64,000 nt of DNA, taken from assembly GCF_003019035.1 (NCBI RefSeq), contig NZ_CP027447.1, one strand, 5' to 3'. A program made the position numbers and the translations under genes. The notes under the pieces are model-generated. The model saw only the letters and a program-made list of their open reading frames with translations, did no database searches and was not told where the DNA came from. Numbering within the stretch: position 1 is the stretch's first letter; every line of letters starts with the position of its first letter. Below, piece after piece: positions 62,115-64,000 of this stretch. Origin of the DNA: Escherichia coli (GTDB taxonomy: Bacteria > Pseudomonadota > Gammaproteobacteria > Enterobacterales > Enterobacteriaceae).

Positions 62115-63023
62115 TTAAAAATACCCCTGACGTTTTTTCAGCTCCATAGACCCCGCCTGGTCGCGGTCAATCACGCGGCCCTGACGTTCACTGGTGGTGG
62201 AAACCAGCATCTCTTCGATGATCTCCGGCAGTGTTTGTGCATTTGACTCCACCGCACCGGTCAGCGGCCAGCAGCCCAGCGTACGGAAACGCACCATCCG
62301 TTTTTTAATCACTTCGCCCGGTTGCAGGTCGATACGGTTGTCATCAATCATCATCAACATACCGTCGCGTTCCAGAACCGGACGTTCCGCAGCGAGATAC
62401 AGCGGCACAATGTCGATATTTTCCAGCCAGATGTATTGCCAGATATCCTGCTCGGTCCAGTTAGAGAGCGGGAAGACGCGGATGCTTTCGCCTTTGTTAA
62501 TTTGCCCGTTGTAGTTGTGCCACAGCTCCGGGCGCTGATTTTTCGGATCCCAGCGATGGAAGCGGTCACGGAAAGAGTAGATTCGCTCTTTAGCGCGGGA
62601 TTTCTCTTCGTCACGACGTGCGCCACCGAAGGCGGCATCAAAACCGTATTTGTTCAGCGCCTGTTTCAGGCCTTCAGTTTTCATAATATCGGTATGTTTC
62701 GCGCTGCCGTGTACGAATGGATTAATCCCCATCGCCACGCCTTCCGGGTTTTTATGCACCAGCAGCTCGCAGCCGTAGGCTTTCGCCGTACGATCGCGGA
62801 ACTCATACATCTCGCGGAATTTCCAGCCGGTATCGACATGCAGCAACGGGAAAGGCAGCGTACCTGGATAAAACGCCTTGCGCGCCAGATGCAGCATGAC
62901 GCTGGAATCTTTACCGATAGAGTAGAGCATCACCGGATTTGAGAATTCTGCAGCCACCTCGCGAATAATGTGGATGCTTTCCGCCTCCAGTTGCCGCAGG
63001 TGAGTAAGTCGTTTTTGATCCAT
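62115..63023 (-). CDS. cysD: sulfate adenylyltransferase subunit 2
   Basis: Recognised sequence. Confidence 0.9.
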   Translation of the reverse strand: MDQKRLTHLRQLEAESIHIIREVAAEFSNPVMLYSIGKDSSVMLHLARKAFYPGTLPFPLLHVDTGWKFREMYEFRDRTAKAYGCELLVHKNPEGVAMGINPFVHGSAKHTDIMKTEGLKQALNKYGFDAAFGGARRDEEKSRAKERIYSFRDRFHRWDPKNQRPELWHNYNGQINKGESIRVFPLSNWTEQDIWQYIWLENIDIVPLYLAAERPVLERDGMLMMIDDNRIDLQPGEVIKKRMVRFRTLGCWPLTGAVESNAQTLPEIIEEMLVSTTSERQGRVIDRDQAGSMELKKRQGYF

Positions 63024-63275
63024 AACCGTTCCTTTGCAATACCGCTATTTTCTTGCCATCAGATGTTTCGACTATAGGGAGCGCAGGAGAACGAATGAAA
63101 TTACCAATTAGAATGAGTAGTTCCTTAACGGAATAACGATTTGGCAAAGCTAATATCAAAAAGTGCTTAAGGCACCGGATTTCGGGCGTTTAGGAAGATT
63201 TGAAATTGTTTTAGCGCATCGGCAGTTTCATACTATGGCGGTAAAAAAAATTTGCATGGTATTTAAGGACTCACT

Positions 63276-64000
63276 ATGTTTTCCGCATTGCGCCACCGTA
63301 CCGCTGCCCTGGCGCTCGGCGTATGCTTTATTCTCCCCGTACACGCCTCGTCACCTAAACCTGGCGATTTTGCTAATACCCAGGCACGACATATTGCTAC
63401 TTTCTTTCCGGGACGCATGACCGGAACTCCAGCAGAAATGTTATCTGCCGATTATATTCGCCAACAGTTTCAGCAAATGGGTTATCGCAGTGATATTCGG
63501 ACATTTAATAGTCGGTATATTTATACCGCCCGCGATAATCGCAAGAGCTGGCATAACGTGACGGGAAGTACGGTGATTGCCGCTCATGAAGGCAAAGCGC
63601 CGCAGCAGATCATCATTATGGCGCATCTGGATACTTACGCCCCGCTGAGCGATGCTGACGCCGATGCCAATCTCGGCGGGCTGACGTTACAAGGAATGGA
63701 TGATAACGCCGCAGGTTTAGGTGTCATGCTGGAATTGGCAGAACGCCTGAAAAATACGCCTACCGAGTATGGTATTCGATTTGTGGCGACCAGCGGCGAA
63801 GAGGAAGGGAAATTAGGCGCTGAGAATTTACTCAAGCGGATGAGTGACTCCGAAAAGAAAAATACACTGCTGGTGATTAATCTCGATAACTTAATTGTTG
63901 GCGATAAATTGTATTTCAACAGCGGTGTAAAAACCCCTGAAGCAGTAAGGAAATTAACGCGCGACAGGGCGCTGGCAATTGCGCGTAGTCATGGAATTGC
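63276..64000 (+). CDS. iap: alkaline phosphatase isozyme conversion aminopeptidase, 5' part (runs off window end)
   Basis: ATG 63276 then signal peptide; open to end of window; recognised sequence and position divergent from cysD. Confidence 0.8.
   Translation, partial: MFSALRHRTAALALGVCFILPVHASSPKPGDFANTQARHIATFFPGRMTGTPAEMLSADYIRQQFQQMGYRSDIRTFNSRYIYTARDNRKSWHNVTGSTVIAAHEGKAPQQIIIMAHLDTYAPLSDADADANLGGLTLQGMDDNAAGLGVMLELAERLKNTPTEYGIRFVATSGEEEGKLGAENLLKRMSDSEKKNTLLVINLDNLIVGDKLYFNSGVKTPEAVRKLTRDRALAIARSHGI

Overview
This window is an Escherichia coli-type chromosomal segment, annotated by eye from the sequence and the ORF track; no searches were run. Positions ~1-25.7 kb are the late (lysis/head/tail) region of a Mu-like prophage on the + strand, ending in an invertible tail-fibre segment with gix-like sites and a Gin/Pin-family serine invertase. 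Its early region lies left of the window, and the first 1.9 kb carries an antisense P-loop NTPase module that I cannot assign to a known family. From ~26.2 kb the sequence is the hyc-hyp-fhlA formate hydrogenlyase locus, then a tandem-Mop gene, ygbA, mutS, pphB, ygbIJKLMN, a decayed ecdBCD-like decarboxylase cluster with a MarR-type regulator, rpoS, nlpD, pcm, surE, truD, ispF, ispD, ftsB, ygbE, cysCND and the start of iap. No CRISPR array, rRNA or tRNA was recognised. The best candidates for something undescribed are the antisense NTPase module at the prophage left flank and the secreted-protein gene between the invertase and hycI; neither could be identified from sequence alone. Other points worth a second look are the invertible fibre segment that carries only one tail-fibre assembly gene, the embedded spanin pair, a probable -2/+1 frameshifted tail chaperone, and an out-of-frame deletion junction in the ecdB/ecdC-like genes. 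Start codons are often my own choice downstream of the ORF-track start, which uses the longest ATG/GTG/TTG ORF.
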